Shown: piece after piece, positions 27,724 to 37,432 of the stretch
Layout: every line of letters starts with the position of its first letter
Position numbering within the stretch: the stretch's first letter is position 1
DNA from: Vicinamibacteria bacterium
GTDB taxonomy: Bacteria; Acidobacteriota; Vicinamibacteria; Marinacidobacterales; Marinacidobacteraceae
NCBI GenBank assembly: GCA_965116805.1
Contig: OZ220713.1
Location: forward strand, 2,041,853 to 2,105,852
Length of the DNA: 64,000 nt
Reading direction: 5' to 3'
Program-made: the position numbers and the translations under genes
Notes under the pieces: model-generated
The model's input: the letters and a program-made list of their open reading frames with translations, nothing else
Told to the model about the DNA's origin: nothing
Databases searched by the model: none

Positions 27724-27751
27724 CGATACTTGCGAGTGCGGTCCCTGTCAA
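27724..27751 (-). promoter_or_regulatory. Sigma70-like promoter for groES-groEL: -35 TTGACA (complement of 27746-27751), 16-nt spacer, -10 TATCGT (complement of 27724-27729)
   Basis: Reverse strand reads cTTGACAgggaccgcactcgcaagTATCGTtcc about 150 nt upstream of groES. No canonical CIRCE (TTAGCACTC-N9-GAGTGCTAA) found. Confidence 0.4.
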
Positions 27752-27809
27752 GTACTTTTTAGCCGCGGCTTACTACATAAAGTTGAGTCAAATCGACTCC
27801 GATTCTGAC

Positions 27810-28592
27810 TCAGGCCGAATCCTGGCCCCGCACGACGACCTCGAAGCCCGCCACCCCGGCCGGTATCCGCAGCTCCCGCCCGCCGTTCGTGGATGCGGCC
27901 TCGACCGGAGTCCCCGCCGACTCCAGCGCCCGGCGGTCCGCGTCGAGGTCCGTGGTTTCGAGCACCAGGCTCCGGAGTCCGGGTTGATCCCGCTGGAAAC
28001 GGAGCACGCAGCCGTTCCCGAAGGGGACCCGGGCGCTCCCGCCGTCCATCTCGAAACCCACGTCGAAGAGTTCCTCGAACCGCCGCCCCGCCGCTTCGGG
28101 ATCGGCGGCGCCCGCGACCACTTCGGCGAGGTGCGTCACCGAGAGCAGCGGGCTGACGCGCGCCGGCGGCGGATCGGGCCAGTTCCAGCTCGAGGCGTGC
28201 GGCTGGATCAGTTCGACGGTGAACCCGCAGCCGTCGTCGGGATAGACGAACGCCTCGAACCCGTCCGCCGCGTGGAAGATGCGGTCCTCGAAGATCGGGG
28301 CCGATTCCCTGACCCGGGCGACCGCGCCCTCGATGTCGTCGGTCTCGATGGCGATGTGCTCGAGTCCCTCGCCGATGGTCCGCAGGTACTGGCAGACCCG
28401 CGCCTCCGGGTTCCAGTTGTGGACCACGTGGAGCCAGCACTCGTTGCCGAGGAGCTTGCGGGAGTCGAGCTGGAAGCCGCGTCCCTGGTCGGTGCGGAGC
28501 TCGGCGGGTTCGAGGCCGACCTGGCGGAGGCGCTCGGCGGCGGAGGCGTGGCTCTGGTGGGCGGTGCCGATGTGCTGGAGGCGGAGGATCAT
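27810..28592 (-). CDS. VOC-family protein (two glyoxalase/bleomycin-resistance/dioxygenase-like domains)
   Basis: MILRLQHIGTAHQSH...LEHIAIETDDIEGAVARVRE... and a second ...VTHLAEVVAGAADPEAAGRRFEELF... module. Confidence 0.75.
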   Translation of the reverse strand: MILRLQHIGTAHQSHASAAERLRQVGLEPAELRTDQGRGFQLDSRKLLGNECWLHVVHNWNPEARVCQYLRTIGEGLEHIAIETDDIEGAVARVRESAPIFEDRIFHAADGFEAFVYPDDGCGFTVELIQPHASSWNWPDPPPARVSPLLSVTHLAEVVAGAADPEAAGRRFEELFDVGFEMDGGSARVPFGNGCVLRFQRDQPGLRSLVLETTDLDADRRALESAGTPVEAASTNGGRELRIPAGVAGFEVVVRGQDSA

Positions 28593-28599
28593 TGGGGTG

Positions 28600-28860
28600 G
28601 TCCCTTCAGGGGTTCGGCGTCATCAGTGCGGGTTTCGCGCTCCCGCGTGGCTCCCGCCGGGAGGACTGGGCCGGCCGGTGGCCGGCGGTCCGAGCCGGTG
28701 CGTCATGCGGGCGAGCACCACCGTGCGGTTCGCGGCCTGCGGCCGCGGTGCCGGCTGAAGCCGGCGTTCCAAGCCGTTGCGCGATGCGGAGGAACGGCCC
28801 TGTGCGGTTCGCGGCCTGCGGCCGCGGTGCCGGTCTGAAGACCGGCGCTCCCAGCTGAGG
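28600..28860. repeat. Composite REP/BIME-like repeat. An about 100-bp unit (CATCAGTGCGGGTTTCGCGCTCCCGCG...GGGAGGACTGGGCCGGCCGG...) plus GCCGGCTGAAGCCGGCGTTCCAAGCCG and GTGCCGGTCTGAAGACCGGCGCTCCCAGC hairpin units.
   Basis: About 85% identical in inverted orientation to 33540-33660. Hairpin units are shared with 5.4-6.0, 14.7-15.0, 33.5 and 37.2 kb. Confidence 0.8.
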
Positions 28861-28879
28861 TGGACGTTCCCATGGGCGT

Positions 28880-31057
28880 TCAGCCGACCCCGAGGTGGTG
28901 GAGGACGAAGGCCCAGCGGTCGGCTTCGAGCTCGACGCGCATGGAGACGGGCATGCCGCCGCCGTGTCCGGCGCTCTTCTGGATGCGGATGAAGACCGGG
29001 TTCGGGCCGTCGCCGTGGATCTCCTGGATGCGCGCCGCGTACTTGAAGGAGTGCCCCGGGGCCACCCGGTCGTCGTGGTCGGCGGTGGTGACGAGCGTGG
29101 GCGGGAAGTCCTGGCCGGGCTCGACGTTGTGGTACGGCGAGTAGGCGCGCAGGACCTCGAACATCTCCGGATCGTCCGGGCTCCCGTAGTCCGAGGCCCA
29201 GGCCCAGCCGATCGTGAACTTGTGGAAGCGGAGCATGTCCATGACCCCGACCGCGGGGAGCGCCGCCCCGAAGAGCTCGGGCCGCTGGTTCAGCACCGCC
29301 CCCACGAGCAGGCCGCCGTTCGACCCCCCCGCGATGGCGAGCCGGGCCGGCTGGGTGACCGAGTCGTGGATCAGGAACTCGGCGGCGGCGATGAAATCGT
29401 CGAAAACGTTCTGCTTGTTCTCCAGCTTGCCCGCCCGGTGCCAGCTCTCGCCGTACTCCCCGCCGCCCCGCAGGTTCACCTGCGCGTAGACCCCGCCGCG
29501 TTCGAGGAACACGAGGTTCGACGGGTTGAAGCTCGGCGTCAGGCTGATGTTGAACCCGCCATAGCCGTAGAGGAGGGTCGGGTTGTCGCCGTCGCGCGAC
29601 ATGTCCTTCCGGTGGGTGAGGAACATGGGGATCTGGGTGCCGTCCTCCGAGGCGAAGAACACCTGATTGGTCTCGTACTGCTCGAAGTCGAAGGGGACCT
29701 CGGGAGCCCAGTGAGGCTCGGTCTCGCCCGAGTCGAGGTCGTAGCGATAGACCGACGGCGGGAAGAGGAACGAGGAGAAGGTGAAGTGGAGGACATCGTC
29801 CTTCCGGGTCCCGCTCAACTGTCCGACCGAGCCGATGCCCGGTAGCGGCACGTCCCGCTCGAAGGCGCCGTCCATGGTGTGGACGGCGAGGCGGCTTTTC
29901 GCGTCGTCGAGATAGCCGAGGACGAAGCGGTCCCCCACGATGCGCGCGATGAGCAGGGTGTCCTCGGACTCCGGGACGATCTCCAGCCAGTTGCCGGGAT
30001 CCGGCCGCCGGATGTTGATCGCCACCACCCGGTAGCGCGGCGCGTCGTTGTCGGTCAGGAAGTAGAAGCGCTCGCCGTCGTTGCCCAGGAAGTCGTAGGA
30101 GGCGTCGGGCTCGTCGAGGACGGGCACGATCTCGCCGTCGAAGCTCGGTGATGCCGGCCGCCCCAGGTCCAGGACGTGGATGCGGTTCCGCTGCTCGGTG
30201 CCCTCGCCGATCGAGAAGACCGCGTAGCGGCCGTCGTCGGAGACCTGGGCTCCCACCATGCGGTTCGGGAACTCGGGGTTGGCGTAGATCAGGGTGTCAT
30301 CGTCCTGGGCGGTCCCGAGCGCGTGGTACCAGACGGTGAGGTTCAGGTTGATGCCGCCCTGTGCCGCGTCCGGATCGGGCTCGGGATAGCGGCTGTAGAA
30401 GAAGCCCCGGTTGTCGTGGGTCCAGGAAGCGCCCGAGAACTTGATCCAGCGGAGGTGGTCGGAGAGCTTCTCGCCGCTCGCGACCTCCATCACGTGGAAC
30501 TCCCGCCAGTCGGAGCCCGCTTCGCCCAGCCCGTAGGCGAGCAGCGCGCCGTCCTCCGAGAATGCCGTCATGCCCACGCTGGTCGTGCCGTCCTCGGACA
30601 GCTCGTTCGGGTCGAGCAGCACCTCCCAGCCGGTCGGGTCCTCGCCCGGCGAGTCGATCCGGTAGAGGATGTCCTGGTCCTGGAGCCCGTCGTTCGCCCG
30701 CACGAACCACTGCTCGCCGAAGCGGAAGGGGGCGCTCTGCCGCGCGTGGTCCTGGAGTTCGAGCAGCCGGGTCCGGATCGCCTCGCGCTCCGGAAGCGAA
30801 CGGAGGTGGTCGAAGGTGACCTCGTTCTGGGCGTCCACCCACTCGAGGACCTCGGGGGCCTGGTCGTCCTCGAGCCAGCGGTAGGGGTCCTCGACGGTGA
30901 CGCCGTGGAGTTCCTCGGAGACGTCGTCCTTCCGGGTGTCCGGGTAGTCGTAGCCGCCGCCGCAGGCGACGAGGGCGGGGAGCAGCACCGCGAGCAGCGC
31001 GGCCCGGCCGCTGATGCGCCGGTGGTTGCCGGGGATGCGGTGTCTGGAATCGTTCAT
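28880..31057 (-). CDS. Prolyl oligopeptidase (S9A family) lipoprotein, 725 aa
   Basis: MNDSRHRIPGNHRRISGRAALLAVLLPALVACGG (lipobox). N-terminal beta-propeller. Catalytic region GGSNGGLL (Ser), ...DHDDRV..., ...KSAGHGGG. Trimmed from the 911-aa track ORF. Confidence 0.85.
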   Translation of the reverse strand: MNDSRHRIPGNHRRISGRAALLAVLLPALVACGGGYDYPDTRKDDVSEELHGVTVEDPYRWLEDDQAPEVLEWVDAQNEVTFDHLRSLPEREAIRTRLLELQDHARQSAPFRFGEQWFVRANDGLQDQDILYRIDSPGEDPTGWEVLLDPNELSEDGTTSVGMTAFSEDGALLAYGLGEAGSDWREFHVMEVASGEKLSDHLRWIKFSGASWTHDNRGFFYSRYPEPDPDAAQGGINLNLTVWYHALGTAQDDDTLIYANPEFPNRMVGAQVSDDGRYAVFSIGEGTEQRNRIHVLDLGRPASPSFDGEIVPVLDEPDASYDFLGNDGERFYFLTDNDAPRYRVVAINIRRPDPGNWLEIVPESEDTLLIARIVGDRFVLGYLDDAKSRLAVHTMDGAFERDVPLPGIGSVGQLSGTRKDDVLHFTFSSFLFPPSVYRYDLDSGETEPHWAPEVPFDFEQYETNQVFFASEDGTQIPMFLTHRKDMSRDGDNPTLLYGYGGFNISLTPSFNPSNLVFLERGGVYAQVNLRGGGEYGESWHRAGKLENKQNVFDDFIAAAEFLIHDSVTQPARLAIAGGSNGGLLVGAVLNQRPELFGAALPAVGVMDMLRFHKFTIGWAWASDYGSPDDPEMFEVLRAYSPYHNVEPGQDFPPTLVTTADHDDRVAPGHSFKYAARIQEIHGDGPNPVFIRIQKSAGHGGGMPVSMRVELEADRWAFVLHHLGVG

Positions 31058-31196
31058 GGCCTCTTCACCCGCCTTGTGGCCGGCAAGCGTAACCCGGCCC
31101 GGTATCGGTCCGGCGTCCCGACCTGCCGGTCGTGCTGGCGCCTGGTTGCGACGGTCGCCGGGTCTGTTCCATCCTGTGTCCGTGGCCAGGGGACGG

Positions 31197-31631
31197 ATGC
31201 GACCCACGCTCCGACTGGGTTCGTGCGCGGCGCTCGCCTGCGGCCTCCTCTGCCTCCCGGGATGCGCTGAGGATGCGGGTGTCCCGCGGTTGGCGCCGCC
31301 CGCTCCGGATCCGGCACCGGAGCGAACGAACCGGCGTCCCATCGCGGACGCCGGCCCCACGCAGCGGGCCCGCGAAGGCGACCACGTTGTCCTGGACGGG
31401 ACCGGGAGCACGGATCCCGACGGGACGATCGTGAGTTTCCGGTGGACACCGCGAGTCGACAACGAAGCCGTCGTCCTCCTGGAGAACGCCGAAACCGCGA
31501 CTCCGAGTTTCACCGTGCCGGCACTCGAGGAGGACACCACCTTCGTGTTCGACCTGGTGGTGGTCGACGACCGGGGGGCTTCGTCGGCGGACGCCGCCGA
31601 GGTATTCGTCACCACCTACGACGACCTGTAA
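31197..31631 (+). CDS. Small PKD-domain lipoprotein (144 aa)
   Basis: MRPTLRLGSCAALACGLLCLPGCAE signal/lipobox. PKD-like ...DGTIVSFRWTP....TATPSFTVP...TTFVFDLVVVDDRGASS. Confidence 0.65.
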   Translation: MRPTLRLGSCAALACGLLCLPGCAEDAGVPRLAPPAPDPAPERTNRRPIADAGPTQRAREGDHVVLDGTGSTDPDGTIVSFRWTPRVDNEAVVLLENAETATPSFTVPALEEDTTFVFDLVVVDDRGASSADAAEVFVTTYDDL

Positions 31632-31692
31632 CGCGCCGGGTCATCCGTTCGAGGAGCAACTCAAAGCGCGACCAGCGCGTAGACTGGTCTGG

Positions 31693-32016
31693 ATGCCTAC
31701 CCACCGGCCCGAACGGGGCAACGTTCCCGATTCCGACAACGCCGCCGCTCCGGAAGACATCTGGACCGTCGCCGAGGCGAAGTCACGGCTCCCGGAGGTG
31801 CTGCGGCGAGCCAGCGCGGTGAGGCCGCAGCAGATCGGGGTGCACCGACCCCACGTCGTCGTGCCGCTCGATCAGTGGCTCGCCCTCGGGCGGCCCGAGC
31901 GCAAATTCGGGGAGTGGCTGGTCGAGAACGCCCCTCGCGGCTGCGAGATCGAGCTGCCGAGCCGGCAGGACGGCGACCGGGAGATTCCCTTCGCGGAGCA
32001 AGCTGGCGGGGAATGA
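31693..32016 (+). CDS. Phd/YefM-like type II antitoxin-domain protein (orphan, with about 22-aa N-terminal extension)
   Basis: ...IWTVAEAKSRLPEVLRRASAV.PQQIGVHRPHVVVPLDQWLAL... matches the Phd/YefM core. No toxin gene follows. Confidence 0.5.
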   Translation: MPTHRPERGNVPDSDNAAAPEDIWTVAEAKSRLPEVLRRASAVRPQQIGVHRPHVVVPLDQWLALGRPERKFGEWLVENAPRGCEIELPSRQDGDREIPFAEQAGGE

Positions 32017-32168
32017 CTCCCTCGCCACCCGGAACGTCCACGGCTTTGGAGGGCTCGGAGTCAGTCTCGAATCCCGCGGAGGCCCCTTCGCGCGTCCTCT
32101 GAATGGACGCCGGACTCAGCAGCGAGCGGGGCGAATAGTCATAACCTGCCGCGTTTATGCGGTAGACT

Positions 32169-33407
32169 ATGACCACTCTGTCACATTACCGGACCCGACT
32201 GCTCGACCGGAGTCTTCCGGAACTCCTTGCGCTCCATCCGGCACTCATGATCGTCGGCTCCCGCGGCGTCGGGAAGACGACAACGGCGGTCCGCCACGCC
32301 GCCACCGTCGTTCGCCTTGACGACCCCCGGCAGGCGGGCGCCTTCCGGGTGGATCCGGATGCGGCGCTCGACGGTCTTCCCGAACCGGTGCTGCTGGACG
32401 AGTGGCAGGTGGTACCCGGCCTTCTGGGCGCGGTGAAACGCGCCGTGGACACCGTTCCCCGGCGCGGGCGCTTTCTGCTCGCGGGTTCCGCCAGCGCTGA
32501 AGTGGATCCCGCGACCTGGCCGGGGGTCGGGCGCGTAATCCGGATCCCCATGCATCCGCTCACCGTGGCCGAACGGTCGGGGCGCCGGACCGCACCGTTC
32601 CTCGAACGGGTCGCAGCGGACGCGCCCCTGTCGGCGGCTCCGGAAGCGCCGGACCTGCGCGAGCTGGTTCGGATCGCGGTCGCGGGAGGGTTTCCGGAGC
32701 CGCTGTTCGGCGCGGGAAGTGCGGGGGCGGCGCAGTGGTACCGCAGCTATGCGGACCACATCGCGATCCGGGGGGCGCCGGGGTTGGTCCGGCGGTTCGA
32801 CGCGGGGAGACTGCGGAACTTCCTGGATGCCTGCGCCCTCGGCTCCATGAGGGGCATGTCCGTCGAAACGCTCCACGCATCGGCGGGAGTGAACCGGCGG
32901 ACGGGCGTGGACTACTGGGGCCATCTGGAACGCCTGGGCGTCGTCTGGGAGATCCCCGCCTGGGCTTCAAATCGGCTCAAACGGCTGGTGCGCCGGCCGA
33001 AGCGGTCCATCGCCGACTGCGGACTCTGGGCGTCGCTGCTGGATGTCGGCCCGGAAGCGGTCATGGCGGAGGGTGACCTGCTCGGCCCTGCGCTCGAGAT
33101 CCTGGTGGCGTCCCAGCTGCGCGCCGAGACGGAGATTCCCGATGGCCGGTACGCCGTGCACCACCTCCGCGAGGCGCAGGGGAGGCGCGAGGTGGATTTC
33201 GTGGCCGAGGGGCCGCGGGGGCGGGTCGTCGGGGTCGAGGTGAAGGCGACGGCGGCGCCGGAACCCCGGGACGCGCGTCACCTGGCCTGGTTGCGCGACG
33301 AATTCGGCGACCGGTTTGCCGGCGGGGTGGTCCTCCACGCCGGGCAGGCGACGTATTCCCTCGGCGAGCGGATCCGCGCGGCGCCGATCTCCACGCTGTG
33401 GGCTTGA
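32169..33407 (+). CDS. AAA+ ATPase with DUF4143 domain (COG1373 family)
   Basis: Walker A MIVGSRGVGKTT; ...LLDEWQ... Walker B; C-terminal DUF4143-like region. Confidence 0.8.
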   Translation: MTTLSHYRTRLLDRSLPELLALHPALMIVGSRGVGKTTTAVRHAATVVRLDDPRQAGAFRVDPDAALDGLPEPVLLDEWQVVPGLLGAVKRAVDTVPRRGRFLLAGSASAEVDPATWPGVGRVIRIPMHPLTVAERSGRRTAPFLERVAADAPLSAAPEAPDLRELVRIAVAGGFPEPLFGAGSAGAAQWYRSYADHIAIRGAPGLVRRFDAGRLRNFLDACALGSMRGMSVETLHASAGVNRRTGVDYWGHLERLGVVWEIPAWASNRLKRLVRRPKRSIADCGLWASLLDVGPEAVMAEGDLLGPALEILVASQLRAETEIPDGRYAVHHLREAQGRREVDFVAEGPRGRVVGVEVKATAAPEPRDARHLAWLRDEFGDRFAGGVVLHAGQATYSLGERIRAAPISTLWA

Positions 33408-33409
33408 GC

Positions 33410-33810
33410 AGAAGACGCGAACCCGCCCGTCTGGCGGCCGCCAAACCGCCTTCCGGACTGGATGCCGTGATGGATCATCGAGGTGTTTGCGCCCTCCCGG
33501 CGAGTTGAGTCCTTCCCGCCGCCCGCCTTCGGCGGGCTGTGCCGGTCTGAAGACCGGCGCTCCCAGCCGTGGGCGTCATCTCCGCTCGGAGCGCCGGCCT
33601 CCGGCCGGCCCAGTCCTCCCGGTGGGGGCCGCGCGGGAGCGCGAAACCCGCGGTGATGGCGCCAGGCCATGCGAACGGGAGAACCGCCGCCGGCTCCGTT
33701 GGCGGGTGCGGTTTCGACCGCCTCTCGGCGGTCGATGCCGGCTGGAAGCCGGCGCTCCGAGCCCGCAAAACGGTAGAGAGTCCAAGCGGTTGCGGCGCCG
33801 GCGCTCGGGG
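33410..33810. repeat. Composite REP/BIME-like repeat (inverted copy of the 28.6 kb unit plus hairpin units)
   Basis: 33539-33570 TGTGCCGGTCTGAAGACCGGCGCTCCCAGCC. 33560-33660 is the reverse complement of the about 100-bp unit at 28630-28730. 33727-33750 GCCGGCTGGAAGCCGGCGCTCCGAGCC. Confidence 0.8.
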
Positions 33811-33821
33811 AGGACGTTCCG

Positions 33822-36800
33822 CTATCGATTGGCGCCCGCCATGCCCGGCGGGTTGTCGTCCACCCAGAAGCGGTCCGGCGCCGGGCGTTCCACCGGCCAC
33901 AACTGGGCCATTGTGTTCGCGTCGAAGAGTTCGCCGTTCACCATCACGAAGCGCACCGAGTTCGTGTTCCGGATGTCCGCGAGTGGGTCGAGGTCGAGGA
34001 TCTGGATGTCGGCCAGCTTCCCGGCTTCGAGCGTCCCCAGGTCCTCGCGGAACCCGATCGCTTCCGCCCCGAAGAACGTGGCGGCGATCAGGGTCTCGTG
34101 CTCGGTGAGGCCGCCCGACTGGAGCGCCCAGATCTCCCAGTGGGCCCCGAGGCCCTGGAGCTGGCCGTGGCTGCCCAGCGCGCACCGCCCGCCGGCGCGC
34201 ATCACCTTCGTGCAGCCCTCGGAAATCCCTTCGTGGACGTATTCCTCGGGGAGGAACCACTGGCCGCGGCGGCGCACCATGTTGTCGAGGATGGCGGCCG
34301 GAATGAAGCGGGCGAGCTTCTCGTCTCCCACCACGTCGGTGTTCTGGAAGTAGTAGTTCTCGCTCCAGGGTCCGCCGTAGGCGACCAGGATCGTCGGCGT
34401 GTAGTAGGTGTCGGTGCGCGCCACGTACTGCGCCACGTCGTCGTAGATCGGGACGATGGGGAGGCTGTGCTCGTGGCCGGAGTAGCCGTCGGCCATCTGG
34501 GTCAGGTTGAGCTTGAGGTCGAGGGCGCCCTCGGTGGTCGGGATGAGCTGGTGTTTCATCGAAGCCATCGCGACCCACTGCCGGACGATGCGGTCCCCGA
34601 CGATGTACTGCTTGATGGTGACCGCGTCGTAGGCTTCGGCGTAGCGCTTCAGGAAGTCGTCGGCGGCGTCCGCGTCGTACACCCCCGAGCGGGAGAAGAT
34701 CCCCGGTCCGGTGGCGTAAATCCGCGGGGCCAGGATCCGCCCGATCTCCTGGAGGTCGCGGTAGGCGAAGACGTCCGCGGTGGAGGTCTGGGGATCCCGG
34801 GTGGTCGTGACCCCGTAGGCCAGGTTCGCGAGGTGCTGGAACACCTGGCGCTGGTGGACGCCGCGCGGCGCCCACATGTGGGCGTGGGCGTCCACGTAGC
34901 CCGGCATCACGGTCTTTCCGGAGACGTCGAAGACCCGGGCGCCCTCGGGGGCGTCGAGGTCCGGTCCCACGGCGGCGATCCGGTTGTCCTCGACGAGCAC
35001 GTCGCCGCCGCGGATGATCTCCTCGCCGTTCATGGTGAGCACTTGCGCCGCGTCCTTGAGCAGGATTTGGCCGGTGGGGCGCGCCCGCGGCTCGGTCACC
35101 ACCGCGTCGAAGGTGTCCGGCGTGAGGTCGTCCTCGCCGCCGATGGCGGCCGCGGCCTGCCGGTAGACGCGGTTCCCGAGCGACCAGACCACCGCATCGC
35201 CGGAGGCCGACCAGGCCAGGTGGTCCCCGCCCTCGGGGGCCACTTCCCGCACCGGCACCGGGGTCTCCCCGCCCCCGACCTTGATCTCGAGGGTGTTCTT
35301 CCCGAAGCTCGGGACTTCGACGAGGTAGTGGCGGTTCTGCAGCTCGAAGAACGCCCGGTTGCCGGTCGGCGAGAGCATGATCTGGCTCGCTGGAGGCGGG
35401 TTCGCCCCGGCGCCGCGGCCGTTGACCTTGAGGTGCGTCTTCCGGTCGCTGCCGTCGAGCTGCAGCGAGTAGAGCCCCGCGCTCGACCCGGTGAGATAGA
35501 CCCGGTCCGGATCGTTCGTGAAGTGGGGGAAGCGGCCGCCCTCGGCCGGGCCGATGACGGTGAGGTCACCGCCGGTGGCCGGCACGAGCAGCAACTCGCT
35601 CAGTTCGGCCGGTCGCATGCCGCCGATCTCGTCGTCCATCGCGGCTGCGCCTGGGTCGGCATAGAGATCGGTCTTTCCCCAGCCTTCCCGGAGGAAGGAG
35701 TAGAGATGCTCCTTGACCGGCGCCCGCCGGATCACGAGGGCGTCGCCCGCCGGGTTCCACGCCGGCTCCGCGTAGAAGGCGAGGTCCGTGGTCAGCGCCA
35801 TGCCCGAACCGCCGGCCGCGGGGACCGTCTTGAGATGGCCGCCGGTGCTCGACCAGGTGACGTAGGCGATCGAGTTCCCGTCCGGTGACCAGGCGGGCAT
35901 GAACTCGTCCTCGTCGGAATCGGTCAGCCGGGCCGGAGCGCCGCCTGGCAGGTCCATCCGGTAGAGGCGGCTGAACGCCGAGAAGACCACGGCGCTGCCG
36001 TCCGGCGCGATGCGCGGCCAGCGGATGATGCGGGCGGTGACCGTCGGCCCGTCGTCCACGCGGCGGGGGAAGTAGAGGCGGGGCGCCACCTCGGCCTCCA
36101 CCTGCGCCTCGAAGGGAATGGCGGTCATGGCGCCCGTCTCGAAATCGATCCGGCGGAAACCGCCGTCCACGGTGGCGATCAGCGCCGAGCCGTCCGGGGT
36201 GAAGGCGTAGCCGGGCATCGTGTCGCGGCTGGCGCGGGACTCCTGGTCGTCGCGGGTGACCCCGTTCGCCAGCCAGCGCTCCTCGCCGGTTTCGAGGTCG
36301 CGCACCCGGAGCGCCGTCCGGGTGCGGTGGCGGGTGGCGTAGACCAGGTGGCGGCCGTCCGGATGCAGGACCGGGCGCATCGCGCTGCCCGGGGCGCTGG
36401 TGATGGTGGTCTCCTCGCCACTTTCGCGGTCGAAGCGCACCACCTGCCAGATCGGGAACTGCGCGTTGTAGTTGAAGGTGCCGCGCCGCTCAGAGAAATA
36501 GACGTGGCGGCCGTCCGCCGAGGCGACGGCGCCGAGACGGTTCGGCGGCTGCGCGCCGGGAACGCCCGGGGTGGGCTCGGGAGGCTTGTCGCCGAGCCGG
36601 ACGCCGGTCCCGCCGTCGCGGTGGATCAGGAAGACGGCGGCGGTGCGCTCCGGAGGCCGGGACTTCGAGACGAGGAGGTACTGACCGTCGGCGGTCCAGC
36701 TCGGCGAGACCATGAGCTGCGGCCGGTCACGGGTCGGGCCATCCTTGGTGACCGCCCGCGGCTCGCTCCCGTCGGCGTTCGCGATCCAGAGGTTCTCGAC

Positions 36801-37151
36801 GCCGTTGCGGTCGCTCAGGAACGCGATCTCGCTCCCGTCGGGGGAGAAGACTGGCTGGCTCTCGAAGGAGATGTCTCCCATGATCCGGGTCGCGGCGCCC
36901 CCCGTGATCGGCAGGGTGTAGAGGTCGCCGAGCAGCTCGAAGACGATCGTCTGTCCGTCGGGGGAGACGTCGAGGGACATCCAGGTGCCCTCGGTGACGG
37001 TGAAGGACAGGGTCTCGGAGGCTGCCAGCGGCAGTCCCTCGTCCTTTTCTTCAGCGTCGCCGTCGTCCTGCAGGGCGGCGGCGGCCGGCGCCGGCAGCAG
37101 GAGGCCCGCAAGGACAAACAGCAAGGACAACAGACGAAATCGCACGGGCAC
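33822..37151 (-). CDS. Secreted TolB-like beta-propeller + amidohydrolase fusion protein (1109 aa)
   Basis: Signal peptide MPVRFRLLSLLFVLAGLLLPAPAAAA. Repeated ...SP(D/S)G..(I/L)(A/V)F.... WD40-like TolB blades. C-terminal metal-dependent amidohydrolase motifs (...PGYVDAHAHMW..., ...LGSHGQLQGLGAHWE...). Confidence 0.85.
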   Translation of the reverse strand: MPVRFRLLSLLFVLAGLLLPAPAAAALQDDGDAEEKDEGLPLAASETLSFTVTEGTWMSLDVSPDGQTIVFELLGDLYTLPITGGAATRIMGDISFESQPVFSPDGSEIAFLSDRNGVENLWIANADGSEPRAVTKDGPTRDRPQLMVSPSWTADGQYLLVSKSRPPERTAAVFLIHRDGGTGVRLGDKPPEPTPGVPGAQPPNRLGAVASADGRHVYFSERRGTFNYNAQFPIWQVVRFDRESGEETTITSAPGSAMRPVLHPDGRHLVYATRHRTRTALRVRDLETGEERWLANGVTRDDQESRASRDTMPGYAFTPDGSALIATVDGGFRRIDFETGAMTAIPFEAQVEAEVAPRLYFPRRVDDGPTVTARIIRWPRIAPDGSAVVFSAFSRLYRMDLPGGAPARLTDSDEDEFMPAWSPDGNSIAYVTWSSTGGHLKTVPAAGGSGMALTTDLAFYAEPAWNPAGDALVIRRAPVKEHLYSFLREGWGKTDLYADPGAAAMDDEIGGMRPAELSELLLVPATGGDLTVIGPAEGGRFPHFTNDPDRVYLTGSSAGLYSLQLDGSDRKTHLKVNGRGAGANPPPASQIMLSPTGNRAFFELQNRHYLVEVPSFGKNTLEIKVGGGETPVPVREVAPEGGDHLAWSASGDAVVWSLGNRVYRQAAAAIGGEDDLTPDTFDAVVTEPRARPTGQILLKDAAQVLTMNGEEIIRGGDVLVEDNRIAAVGPDLDAPEGARVFDVSGKTVMPGYVDAHAHMWAPRGVHQRQVFQHLANLAYGVTTTRDPQTSTADVFAYRDLQEIGRILAPRIYATGPGIFSRSGVYDADAADDFLKRYAEAYDAVTIKQYIVGDRIVRQWVAMASMKHQLIPTTEGALDLKLNLTQMADGYSGHEHSLPIVPIYDDVAQYVARTDTYYTPTILVAYGGPWSENYYFQNTDVVGDEKLARFIPAAILDNMVRRRGQWFLPEEYVHEGISEGCTKVMRAGGRCALGSHGQLQGLGAHWEIWALQSGGLTEHETLIAATFFGAEAIGFREDLGTLEAGKLADIQILDLDPLADIRNTNSVRFVMVNGELFDANTMAQLWPVERPAPDRFWVDDNPPGMAGANR

Positions 37152-37194
37152 TACCTCCGACGGCTTTCGAGCCCGCCGATTCTATTTGTGGCGG

Positions 37195-37250
37195 GACGGC
37201 TTGGAACGCCGACCTCTGGTCGGCACAGCGGGCCGGAGGCCCGCGGACGA
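37195..37250. repeat. Degenerate REP unit (GACGGCTTGGAACGCCGACCTCTGGTCGGCACAGCGGGCCGGAGGCCCGCGGAC)
   Basis: Variant of the GGCTTGGAACGCCGGCTTCAGCCGGCAC unit, in the intergenic space upstream of the amidohydrolase gene. Confidence 0.6.
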
Positions 37251-37432
37251 CGTACTCCTATCCGCCCTGGGTCGCGCGGGCCGGGACCGTCCCGTTGGTT
37301 GCGTTGGACCGGGAGCAGAGCCCCATCGGGCGGGTCAGCGCTGTGCCGTGCGCGGTGCGGAGCCCCGCGCGTGCCGACCGGAGGTCGGCGTTCCCGGCCG
37401 GCGGCGCCATCACGGCTGCCGGTTTGCCCCGG

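Noticed and set aside
27600-27760. CIRCE heat-shock operator upstream of groES
   Set aside because: No TTAGCACTC-N9-GAGTGCTAA-like inverted repeat is found. Only a short palindrome AGCCGCGGCT and a 5-bp GAGTC/GACTC pair are present.
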